Below the pieces are notes generated by a model. The model made no database searches. It saw nothing but the letters and a program-made list of their open reading frames with translations, and was not told where the DNA came from. A program made the position numbers and the translations under genes. From NCBI GenBank assembly GCA_051418015.1, contig JBPRGF010000033.1, forward strand, positions 160,001 through 224,000: a stretch of 64,000 bases of DNA, read 5' to 3'. The DNA comes from Candidatus Nitrospinota bacterium M3_3B_026. GTDB lineage: Bacteria; Nitrospinota_A; UBA7883; JBPRGF01. Positions 30,620 to 38,655 of the stretch are shown piece after piece. Each line of letters begins with the position of its first letter. Within the stretch, counting starts at the first letter, position 1.

Positions 30620-31537
30620 TCAGTCCAAGTAGACGAACCGGCCGGAGGTGATGTATATTCCGCCGTCCGTCTCAGCGGTGACTTTCCAGGTATACGCCCT
30701 GTTGGCCGAAATGGCCCCGGTGGGGATCGACGCTTCAGGCAAGGCCGTTTTTGTCTTGTAGACCTTCTCCGCCTCGCCGCCAAGCTCCGTCAGGACGAGG
30801 CTGTATTCCTCCGCCCCCTCGACAGGCGCCCAGCGGAATGAAAGCCCCGTCAAAGATTCGTTGACCATCAGCCCCGCCGGAGCTTCGTCTATCTTGCGTC
30901 CAGAGTCGGCGAAACCGAAGGCCGGGCCGATCCGCTCCGGGCGTTCGTAGATGGAGTATACGGCGTCGGAGCCGATGTCCACCACGCCTTTCTGCCCGCC
31001 GGGCCAGAACAGCAGAAACAGGATCAGCGAGGCGGCGAATGCGTAGGCCGGGATGGGGGAGCGGACCCATCGCAGGACGGCGCCGCGCCATGAAAGAGAA
31101 GCCGCCTCCGCTGCTGACGTGGCCGCCGCCGCGTCCGGGGCCACGGCTCTTTTGAATCTCTCCGGTGTCGGGCTCATCCGCAGGACGCCTTCGGTCATCC
31201 TCACCGTGGAGCGGGTGAACCAGGCCGCCCGCTCGAAACAGGCGTCGCATTCGGCCACGTGGCTGGAGAAAGCCTCGCCGCTGGCCGCTGGCAGACGGCC
31301 GCCCAAAAAGTCGCCCATCAACTCCACGGGGACGCATCCCTCGGAGGGCTCGAAGCGTTCCACGCTCTCAGGCAACGCCCGCATGGCCGAACGCAGCGTC
31401 ATCAGCGATATGTAGGCCGAGCGGCACTTTTCGCACTGCTCCAGGTGTTCTCTTGCCCCGGCGCGCTCTTTATCTTTGAACGACGGGTCTGCGAAGGCCA
31501 GCAACTCGACCGTTTTGAGGTGTCTCATGTCCGCCAT
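30620..31537 (-). CDS. Membrane-anchored anti-sigma factor with two zf-HC2 (ZAS) motifs
   Basis: HLEQCEKC and HVAECDAC, one TM segment (AYAFAASLILFLLFW) and a beta-rich FN3-like C-terminus; follows the sigma-like ORFs. Confidence 0.75.
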   Translation of the reverse strand: MADMRHLKTVELLAFADPSFKDKERAGAREHLEQCEKCRSAYISLMTLRSAMRALPESVERFEPSEGCVPVELMGDFLGGRLPAASGEAFSSHVAECDACFERAAWFTRSTVRMTEGVLRMSPTPERFKRAVAPDAAAATSAAEAASLSWRGAVLRWVRSPIPAYAFAASLILFLLFWPGGQKGVVDIGSDAVYSIYERPERIGPAFGFADSGRKIDEAPAGLMVNESLTGLSFRWAPVEGAEEYSLVLTELGGEAEKVYKTKTALPEASIPTGAISANRAYTWKVTAETDGGIYITSGRFVYLD

Positions 31538-31559
31538 CTATGAAAATCCAACCTTTCGT

Positions 31560-32189
31560 TCATACCCCCGTCTCCTCCAGGATGGCCCGAAGCCCGGCGG
31601 GGGTGAGCTTTATATCCTCTTCACTCATATTTGAACGGACAATCTCCAGCAGATTTCGAACGTTTTTTTCGATTGCGTAGAAGACGTCCTGCTCCGTCGT
31701 TTCGTGTATTGATTTTCCACTTGAAACGGGCAGGCCCAGGTTTCTGTAAAAATTGAGGATATCCTTAGCCCTCATTTCGTCGTTGAACCAGAGGGAAAGG
31801 AGCCTGCGCCCCTCTTTTGGCATTTTTTCCACCGACTCGGCGAGGGTCTTATAGAACCTGTCGAGGGCGAGCCGCTCCTCCGCGCCGAGCCCCTTCTCGG
31901 CCGGTTCGTAAAAGGCTCCGCCCCCTCCGCCGTCGCCGCTTTCAGAATGGGCGATGGGGAAAAAGACGGGGTCTTGTACAAGGTCCAGCGCGCCCTCCTT
32001 GACGAGGGCCTCCTGGACGGAGCGGATCATCTCCCTCGCCTTGGCGACGGTGATGTCCAGCTCCCTTGCGATCCTGACCTCATCGCGCCGCATCCTCAGG
32101 AGGACGAAGACGGACTGCTCCATTTTCGGCAGTTTGCGGATCGCGGCGGGGAGGCGTTTTATGGAGCTGGGGCTCAGAAATTTTGACAT
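31560..32189 (-). CDS. C-terminal portion of a sigma70/ECF-like factor (region-4-like helices); may be the frameshifted continuation of 32198-32611
   Basis: AIRKLPKMEQSVFVL...IARELDIT and LAESVEKMPKEGRRLLSLWFNDEMRAKDI resemble sigma region 4. The frame also opens at TTG 32201, overlapping the upstream TGA. Confidence 0.6.
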   Translation of the reverse strand: MSKFLSPSSIKRLPAAIRKLPKMEQSVFVLLRMRRDEVRIARELDITVAKAREMIRSVQEALVKEGALDLVQDPVFFPIAHSESGDGGGGGAFYEPAEKGLGAEERLALDRFYKTLAESVEKMPKEGRRLLSLWFNDEMRAKDILNFYRNLGLPVSSGKSIHETTEQDVFYAIEKNVRNLLEIVRSNMSEEDIKLTPAGLRAILEETGV

Positions 32190-32197
32190 ACGCCGTC

Positions 32198-32611
32198 TCA
32201 AAAAGCCCTGCCGTATTTCCAGCGGAGCCAGTCGATATAAAGCTCCCTGGAGTTCAGTATGGTCCAGACGAAGGTGGACAGCAGGCAGTCGTTTTTGCCG
32301 GTGTATTTTCCTATCCGTTTTTTAAGCTGGCCGAATATCCATATGTAGGTGTCCAGCCCCTCGTCGCACTCGGGAAGGTCGCTTTTCGGCCTCCTACCTT
32401 CGCGCTGGAGGGAGACGGACATCAGCCCGCAGAAATAGAGCCCCGCCGGGTACCGGCAATGGTCGACGCACCATTCCTTGGCCTTGTAGAGCGCCCAGTC
32501 CGTGTAGCGCTCCACGAACTCCTCCCACGCTCTCCCGGAGCCCGAGAGAATGTCCGAGACGAGCTTTTTGTCGCTGTCGAGCTTCTCTTCTTTAACGCCT
32601 GGCTCGTTCAT
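32198..32611 (-). CDS. N-terminal (region-2-like) portion of a sigma70/ECF-like factor with a 4-Cys insert
   Basis: DKKLVSDILSGSGRAWEEFVERY...LSTFVWTI...YIDWLR is the ECF sigma2 pattern. Start placed at ATG 32611. Confidence 0.65.
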   Translation of the reverse strand: MNEPGVKEEKLDSDKKLVSDILSGSGRAWEEFVERYTDWALYKAKEWCVDHCRYPAGLYFCGLMSVSLQREGRRPKSDLPECDEGLDTYIWIFGQLKKRIGKYTGKNDCLLSTFVWTILNSRELYIDWLRWKYGRAF

Positions 32612-32757
32612 TTTCTGATTATAGGCGGCGGGAAAGAGAGCGGTCAACAAACCCCGGCTCGGGGGCGTTTTTGGCGTTGGATACTGGATCGCGAAGCGGC
32701 GGGAGAAAAAATGATATCCTTTTATGCCATGAACTTGCGTTTCGAGGATGAAAAAAG

Positions 32758-33522
32758 ATGACAAGACTTGCCATCCCGCTGGCCCTTGCGGCCCTCTTCG
32801 CCGCCTGCGCCCCCGCCCAGGACCCCGTCGAGGAGAAAAAGAGGATAGAGGCGGTAGTCCGCGAATACATCCGCTCCCACCCGGAGGAGATTGCCGACTC
32901 CCTGACAAAGCACGCCATGGCCCAGCGCGCGAGGAAGGAGAAAGAAAGGATCAAGCAGGCGCTGCGGAACAGGTTCGACGTCCCCCTGGACGGCTCGCCC
33001 GCCACGGGCCCGGAGGCAGCGGCGGTGACCATCGTGGAGTTCTCGGACTTCCAGTGTCCTTACTGCGCGCGGGCGGACAAGACCTTGCGCCGCCTTAAAG
33101 GCGAGAAGGAGGGCGACATAAGGATGGTCTTCAAACATCTGCCGCTGGATTCCGTCCATCCCCAGGCCCGGCCCGCGGCCATGGCCGCCATGGCGGCGGG
33201 GGAGCAGGGCAGGTTTTGGGAATATCGGGACATCCTCTTCGAACGGCAGAACCAATGGGCGAGCGGGGAGGCCGAAAAAAAATTCGTGGAGTACGCCGGC
33301 GAGCTTGGGCTTGACGCCGAAAAGTTCAGGGCCGACCTTTCGAAAGACGAATACCGGGAACGCATCGAAAAGGACATGGAGCTTGCCAAAAAGCTCGGCG
33401 CCCGCGCCACGCCTACCTTTTTCGTCAACGGTGTTCGCGTCGAGGGCGCGATGGACCTGGATTATTTTAACAAGTTGATAGATCTTTTGCTCTCCGAAAA
33501 GGGAGACGGAGAGACCGGTTGA
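32758..33522 (+). CDS. DsbA-family thioredoxin-fold lipoprotein
   Basis: Lipobox FAAC, EFSDFQCPYC, FKHLPL and ATPTFFVNG. Confidence 0.9.
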   Translation: MTRLAIPLALAALFAACAPAQDPVEEKKRIEAVVREYIRSHPEEIADSLTKHAMAQRARKEKERIKQALRNRFDVPLDGSPATGPEAAAVTIVEFSDFQCPYCARADKTLRRLKGEKEGDIRMVFKHLPLDSVHPQARPAAMAAMAAGEQGRFWEYRDILFERQNQWASGEAEKKFVEYAGELGLDAEKFRADLSKDEYRERIEKDMELAKKLGARATPTFFVNGVRVEGAMDLDYFNKLIDLLLSEKGDGETG

Positions 33523-33554
33523 GCGTTTTCGCGCGCGGGGGCGCAAGATCGGCC

Positions 33555-34076
33555 ATGATCGTCGATACCGCCTTCGGGCCCATGGGCGCGGGATTCACCG
33601 GCGGCGGGGTGGCCAGGGTGTGGCTGCCGGGCCTTGCCCGCCGCGGCCTTGAAAAAATCATCCAGGAGTGGGTGGGGCGAGGGGCGATGATCGAGGCTCC
33701 GGAATTTTCCGCCAAACTCCAGAGATATTTCGAAGGCGGGAGGGTCGATTTCGACGAGCCGGTCGATTTCGGGCGTCTCTCCGGCTTCACGCTCCGCGTT
33801 TTAAAAGAGCTTCGCAATGTGGGGTGGGACGAGGCGCTGACCTATGGCGAGTTGGCCGAACGCGCGGGCGCGCCCGGCGCGGCGAGGGCGGTTGGGCGCG
33901 CCATGGCGAAAAATCCCGTCCCCCTCATCGTCCCCTGCCATCGCGTCGTTCGGGCGGACGGCGGGCTGGGAGGCTTCACGACGCCCGCGGGCGTGGAGCT
34001 CAAGCGCGAGATGTTGAAGCTCGAAGGCCATGACTTCGCGCCGTCCTTACCCCTTCGCCCTACATTGTCATTCTGA
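33555..34076 (+). CDS. ogt: Methylated-DNA--protein-cysteine methyltransferase
   Basis: TYGELA, AARAVGRAMAKNPVPLIVPCHRVV. Alternative start at TTG 33519. Confidence 0.9.
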   Translation: MIVDTAFGPMGAGFTGGGVARVWLPGLARRGLEKIIQEWVGRGAMIEAPEFSAKLQRYFEGGRVDFDEPVDFGRLSGFTLRVLKELRNVGWDEALTYGELAERAGAPGAARAVGRAMAKNPVPLIVPCHRVVRADGGLGGFTTPAGVELKREMLKLEGHDFAPSLPLRPTLSF

Positions 34077-34173
34077 GGCCCCTTCGCTTTGCTCGAGGGC
34101 GGGCTCCGGCCGGAAGAATCCCGCTGAGCATGGCATGACCGCGCGGGATGCTTGGCTTGCGCTCGGCATGACA
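34066..34173 (+). repeat. TGTC-tagged palindromic repeat, family 1, copy 2
   Basis: TGTCATTCTGAGGCC...GAAGAATCCCG...CGGGATGCTT...CTCGGCATGACA. It contains the ogt stop codon. Confidence 0.8.
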
Positions 34174-34178
34174 AGGGT

Positions 34179-34262
34179 ATCCCCTCCTCACCGGCGGGAA
34201 GGGATATAGGGAAGGGGGTATTATAAATTACACCTCCAGCTTGATCCCCTTTCGAGGGGGCG
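34179..34262 (-). repeat. C/G-run palindromic repeat, family 2, copy A
   Basis: Its reverse complement (CCCCCTCGAAAGGGG...CCCTTCCCGCCGG..GAGGGGA) aligns by eye with 34925-35017 and 49433-49522. Confidence 0.7.
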
Positions 34263-34277
34263 GGTAAGGCGGGCGGA

Positions 34278-34859
34278 TCACTTGAAATAGTCCGGCTCGT
34301 TCCCGCGTTTCCATTTTATGTTGCAGCCGACGGACGGCGTCTGATCGGCCGGGATTGGGCGGGCTTCCAGAACCGCGTCGAGGGCGGCGCGCAAATCCGC
34401 GCCCGTCACCGGCTTGCCGTTACCAGGGCGGCTGTCGTCCATCTGGCCGCGATAGACGAGTTTTTTTGCGCTGTCGAAAACATAAAAATCCGGCGTGCAG
34501 GCAGCGCGGTAGGCCTTGGCCGTCTCCTGCGTCTCGTCGTAGAGGTAGGGGAAGGTGTAGCCGGTCTTTTCGGTCTCCTCTTTCATCTTCGCCGGGCTGT
34601 CGTCGGGGTAGTTCGCCGCGTCGTTCGAGTTTATACCGATCACGGCCACGCCCTTTGCCTGGTAGTCGCGGGCAAGCGCTGCCAGCTCGTGGCGGACGTG
34701 TTTTACGTATGGGCAATGGTTGCACATGAAGATGACGAGATACGACTTCGCGCCCGGAAAATCGTCCAGCGAATACGTTTTGCCTTCCGGGTCAGGCAGG
34801 TTAAAATCCGGCGCCTGCGCGCCCAGCGGCAGGCTCATCGTGGAAGGAGTAAGGACCAT
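34278..34859 (-). CDS. Thioredoxin-like AhpC/TSA (redoxin) family protein
   Basis: APDFNLPD, FMCNHCPYV, YRAACTPDF, YRGQMDD and SVGCNIKW. Confidence 0.9.
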   Translation of the reverse strand: MVLTPSTMSLPLGAQAPDFNLPDPEGKTYSLDDFPGAKSYLVIFMCNHCPYVKHVRHELAALARDYQAKGVAVIGINSNDAANYPDDSPAKMKEETEKTGYTFPYLYDETQETAKAYRAACTPDFYVFDSAKKLVYRGQMDDSRPGNGKPVTGADLRAALDAVLEARPIPADQTPSVGCNIKWKRGNEPDYFK

Positions 34860-34884
34860 AATGGTTTCTCTCTTTAATCGTGAT

Positions 34885-35820
34885 TCAAATTTCATCCTCC
34901 CCCTTAACGGGGGATTTTCTAGCCTCATCCTCCCCCTCGAAGGGGGAGGATAAAGGTGGGGGTGGTGAATTTAATAATGCCCCCTCCCCTTTGTCCCCTC
35001 TCGCCGGGGGAGGGGATTTCTCATAGTCTTGCTGCTTTTTTCGAGAATTTGTTTTTCTTGGAGCTTTTCTTTTTTTCGTTTTTAATTTCTTTTTAATTGC
35101 GCGCTTTATTTTTTTATGAGCTTCGTCAGCCTTTTCCCCTTCAATAACCTCCCTCTTTAATACTTCCTGCATGATTACATTTTTGATTTCCGGGATTTGG
35201 AGTTTCACCTCCGGGGAGACTCTTTTTAACTCACGGCGAATTACTGTTAAAACAGGGTCGCTGAGTATGATAGCCCCAAGAGAATAACGGCTCATGGCCT
35301 GTCGTTGGATAAAGTATTCCTTTAATGCTGATTTATCCCTCCCTTTCCGAGTCAGAAGATATAAACACTCTAGATCATCAGAAGATTTATGATCCAACTC
35401 AAGGAAGTCAAATTCGAGCACGAGTTCTTTATTAATGGGTTTTGAGAAAGTGACACGGAAGATTTTCCAAACTACTCCATTCGTAAGCGCGATCCACTCG
35501 ACTCCCTGATTTGCCGCGTAATTCACGGCCTGACGAGTATGGTTTTCCTTTAAATCGAGGCCAATAGCTTTAACCTCTATGAGAAGCAAAATTGAGCCAT
35601 CAATTTCAATAGCAAGATCACAGAAGGTTCCGCGGATGGTGTGTTCGGATGTTATCTCTGTATATTTGTTGTAACCAAAGACATTGGAAAGAATGTCCGT
35701 GACAATGGTTACAGTATCCGCTTCATTTACATCTCTGGATCGGGCCGATTTTAGGATTGGCTGAAATTTTTTGACGTTTTTTGATAACCTTTCAACGATT
35801 CTTTTGGGGATGTTCGCCAT
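34885..35820 (-). CDS. Type I restriction enzyme HsdR N-terminal-domain (PD-(D/E)xK) protein
   Basis: NEADT, FCDLAI...LIEVKAIG, QAVNYA and WIALTNG. GGAGG RBS. Visibly AT-rich relative to its neighbours. Confidence 0.8.
   Translation of the reverse strand: MANIPKRIVERLSKNVKKFQPILKSARSRDVNEADTVTIVTDILSNVFGYNKYTEITSEHTIRGTFCDLAIEIDGSILLLIEVKAIGLDLKENHTRQAVNYAANQGVEWIALTNGVVWKIFRVTFSKPINKELVLEFDFLELDHKSSDDLECLYLLTRKGRDKSALKEYFIQRQAMSRYSLGAIILSDPVLTVIRRELKRVSPEVKLQIPEIKNVIMQEVLKREVIEGEKADEAHKKIKRAIKKKLKTKKRKAPRKTNSRKKQQDYEKSPPPARGDKGEGALLNSPPPPLSSPFEGEDEARKSPVKGEDEI
34925..35017 (+). repeat. C/G-run palindromic repeat, family 2, copy B
   Basis: TCATCCTCCCCCTCGAAGGGGGAGGATAAAGGTGGGGGTG...CCCCTCCCCTTTGTCCCCTCTCGCCGGGGGAGGGGA, preceded by a partial duplicate at 34892-34914. 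Confidence 0.75.
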
Positions 35821-35913
35821 GTCGCCCTCCGAAGCATATTGTGCGATATTAGCGTATTAATATCATGGCTGAATTATACTTGGCAATGGCATGTGGGTGA
35901 TTTTTCTTGAACT

Positions 35914-36951
35914 CTATTCCACGAACGACGCTTCAGTGAAAATCGCCTCCACGAACTCCTTCGGGTCGAAGGGTCTTAAGTCCTCTATCTTCTCGCCCAC
36001 GCCGATCAACTTTACGGGTATCTTCAGCTTGTCCATGATGTTTATCACCACTCCCCCCTTGGCGGTGCCGTCGAGCTTGGTCAGCGCTATGCCGGTGACG
36101 CCGACGGCCTCCTGGAAAACCTTCGCCTGGCTGACGGCGTTCTGGCCCGTGGTGGCGTCGAGCACCAAAAGAACCTCGTGGGGCGCGCCGGGCATCTCGC
36201 GCCCTATGACCCTGTTGATCTTCTCAAGCTCGGCCATAAGGTTCGCCTTGTTCTGAAGCCGTCCGGCGGTGTCGGCGATCATCACGTCATGGCCGCGGGC
36301 GACGGCGGCTTTCATCGCGTCGAAGACCACGGCGGAGGGGTCGGCCCCCGGTTTGTGCTTCACAAAGTCCGCCCCGGAGCGTTTTGTCCATTCCTCCAGC
36401 TGTTCGATGGCCGCGGCCCTGAAAGTGTCCGCCGCGGCTATCAAAACTGACTTTCCCTCGCCTTTCATCTGCGCGGCGAGTTTGCCTATCGTTGTTGTTT
36501 TGCCGGAGCCGTTGACGCCGACGACGAGGATCACGCGCGGTTTGTCCCCGGACTCGGAGCCCTTGTCCTCCACGTCCTGTTCGATGATGGCGACAAGCTC
36601 TTTTTTGATATAGTCGACCACCTGGGACGTATCCTTCAAAAGCTTTCGCTTAACGTCCCGGCGCAGGTCGTCCACGATCCGCATGGCAAGCTCCACGCCG
36701 ATATCCGCCGACAGCAGCACCTCCTCCAGCTCCTCCATGAACCCGTCATCAAGCTTTGCGTGCGCGCCGATCAGCCGCTCGAACCCCTCGTTGAGGTTTT
36801 TGCGGGTCTTGGATAGGCCCCTGGCAAGACGCGAGAAGACGCCGGTCTTATCCTCCGCTCGAGGCTCGGCGGGCTGCTGGCTCTCTTCGTCGCTTTTTGC
36901 GGCCTCTTCGGCCTTATCCTTTTTCTTTTTTCCGAATAAGCTGAATACCAT
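35914..36951 (-). CDS. ftsY: Signal recognition particle receptor FtsY
   Basis: GVNGSGKTTTIGKLA, DTFRAAA, DTAGRLQ and TKLDGTAKGG. Confidence 0.96.
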   Translation of the reverse strand: MVFSLFGKKKKDKAEEAAKSDEESQQPAEPRAEDKTGVFSRLARGLSKTRKNLNEGFERLIGAHAKLDDGFMEELEEVLLSADIGVELAMRIVDDLRRDVKRKLLKDTSQVVDYIKKELVAIIEQDVEDKGSESGDKPRVILVVGVNGSGKTTTIGKLAAQMKGEGKSVLIAAADTFRAAAIEQLEEWTKRSGADFVKHKPGADPSAVVFDAMKAAVARGHDVMIADTAGRLQNKANLMAELEKINRVIGREMPGAPHEVLLVLDATTGQNAVSQAKVFQEAVGVTGIALTKLDGTAKGGVVINIMDKLKIPVKLIGVGEKIEDLRPFDPKEFVEAIFTEASFVE

Positions 36952-37067
36952 GATGGATATATTACAACGTCACGCCGTCAGACGACAGGGGGGGGCGCCA
37001 CGGGGCCCCCGGCGTCCCGCGGCGAGGGGCCTTGGCTTTCGGGAAAAATTCAAGCGAGCCGGTTTTG

Positions 37068-37097
37068 TTGACTGGATCGGCGGGTCTGGTATAAAAT
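37068..37097 (+). promoter_or_regulatory. Sigma70-type promoter
   Basis: TTGACT-N16-TATAAA with an extended TG (TGGTATAAAAT). Confidence 0.6.
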
Positions 37098-37250
37098 GCG
37101 CCTTCGATCCGGCAGATACGCGGGGGGCGCCAGAAGAGCGCCTGCCGATGGATAGGCCGTTCGACGGCATCCCGCGGACGCGTGGCGCCGTTTTTCGACT
37201 TTTAGGTCCGGCCCGGCCCTGGCGGCCTTCGGGTGGGGTTTTGGGAGATG

Positions 37251-37296
37251 AGGGTCGAGAGTCGCTCTTTTGCGGGGGCGATCTCGGCCTTTTTTT
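37251..37296 (+). terminator. Intrinsic terminator inside the leader of the icd-like gene
   Basis: Hairpin GGTCGAGA-G-TCGCTC / GGGCGA-TCTCGGCC followed by T7. Confidence 0.7.
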
Positions 37297-37408
37297 GTTT
37301 ACGTGTTTCTCGACGGACGTGAAGAAGGAAAGCTCGCGCTTTCCATGATAGGCATGAGAACAACGAGGAATATGAAACCAACTGACTAAGGAGGAAGGAG
37401 ACAGCGAC

Positions 37409-38641
37409 ATGTCTGACCAGAAAATCCCATTTGAAGGAGCGTATGACCCCACCAGCGCGCTTCTCACGCTTCTGGAGAAGGAAGGCGTCCGGGTGACAAA
37501 GGCGATCACCGGACGCGGCTCCTGGGAGCCCGTGGACCTGAGCAAAAAGCGCCCGCTGAAAATCGGCTTCGCCCCGGGCGACGGGATCGGCCCGATCGTC
37601 GCCGTGGCGTCCCAGTCGATCCTCAAGCAGCTGCTCGGCTCGGAGGTCGAGTCCGGCCAGATCGAGATCGTTGACATCCCCGACCTGACGATCGAGAAGC
37701 GCCTGGAGCTGGACGTTACCGCGCCGGAGACCTCCATCAAGGTCATCGACAGCTGCGACGTCGTTCTGAAGATGCCCCTCGAGACGCCGGACAGCTCCAA
37801 GTATCCGAACGTCTCCAGCGCGAACGTCTGGATGCGCCAGCACATGGACCTTTTCGCCTGCATGAGGCGGATCAAGAACGACGAGCACAAGCTTGACTTC
37901 ACCATCTTCCGCTGCAACCTCGGCACGCCGTACCAGGACGCCAAGTCCGCCGGTGTCATGCAGATGAACGGCAAGGACGAGTACGCGATGTGCTTCTGGC
38001 CGCAGGCGCGGGTGGACATAGAGCGGCTCACCCACCTGGCCTGCCTGCACGCCGCCGGCGCCGGTTCGAACTTCGTCGTGCTGAACTTCAAGGACAACGT
38101 AATCAAGCCCGACGCCGCGGCGCTCAACTGGGCGAAGGAGTACATCGACGCCAACTTCCCGGATATCGACTACCTGTCCGTGAAGCCCGACGATTTCTCC
38201 TACACCATCACCCAGCCGGACAAGCTGGCCTCGATGAAGGGCGAGAAGACAGGCGAGAACCGCCCCTTCACCACGATGGTCTGCAACAACATCGTGGGCG
38301 ACATGGCCGGCGACGAAGGGGGCATGTACGTCGGCGGCATCGGCGGCGTCGGCTCGGCGAACGTCTCCTTCAGCCAGGGGATGTTCGAGGCCGGCGGCGG
38401 CACCGGCACCAGGATGATGCAGGAGGGCCGGGGCAAGTACGCCAACCCCGTCTCCGTGATAAAAGCGTTGGCGGAGATGCTCGGGTTCATCGGATACCCG
38501 GATCATCAGGTCAACATTCTCAACGCCGTGGATGCGCTGAACGCCGCGGGCAAGGCGCCCGACGGCGGCAGGAACAAGGTCACCTGCGAGGAGGCGGCCG
38601 ATTTCATCATCGAGCAGCTTACCAGCAAGGCGGGCAACTAG
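37409..38641 (+). CDS. Isocitrate/isopropylmalate dehydrogenase family protein, probably a divergent isocitrate dehydrogenase
   Basis: PGDGIGP, SANVWMR (SxNxxxR), FRCNLGTPY (R..Y), KDNVIK, GDMAGD and ANP. Strong RBS. Confidence 0.8.
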   Translation: MSDQKIPFEGAYDPTSALLTLLEKEGVRVTKAITGRGSWEPVDLSKKRPLKIGFAPGDGIGPIVAVASQSILKQLLGSEVESGQIEIVDIPDLTIEKRLELDVTAPETSIKVIDSCDVVLKMPLETPDSSKYPNVSSANVWMRQHMDLFACMRRIKNDEHKLDFTIFRCNLGTPYQDAKSAGVMQMNGKDEYAMCFWPQARVDIERLTHLACLHAAGAGSNFVVLNFKDNVIKPDAAALNWAKEYIDANFPDIDYLSVKPDDFSYTITQPDKLASMKGEKTGENRPFTTMVCNNIVGDMAGDEGGMYVGGIGGVGSANVSFSQGMFEAGGGTGTRMMQEGRGKYANPVSVIKALAEMLGFIGYPDHQVNILNAVDALNAAGKAPDGGRNKVTCEEAADFIIEQLTSKAGN

Positions 38642-38655
38642 CCAGCCGTAAATCA

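Noticed and set aside
34066..35017. CRISPR array or IS element
   Set aside because: The repeats are not regularly spaced identical units with spacers, and no cas gene or transposase is present.
36988..36995. G8 run upstream of ftsY as a phase-variable element
   Set aside because: It is short, intergenic and unremarkable in GC-rich DNA, with no evident promoter-spacing role.
37100..37300. Known RNA (glmS ribozyme, SRP RNA next to ftsY, 6S RNA, fluoride riboswitch)
   Set aside because: GCGCCAGAA resembles the glmS start, but the downstream GACGAGG core is absent. There is no SRP GGAAGGAAGCAG motif and no other consensus matched by eye. Kept only as an unassigned candidate.
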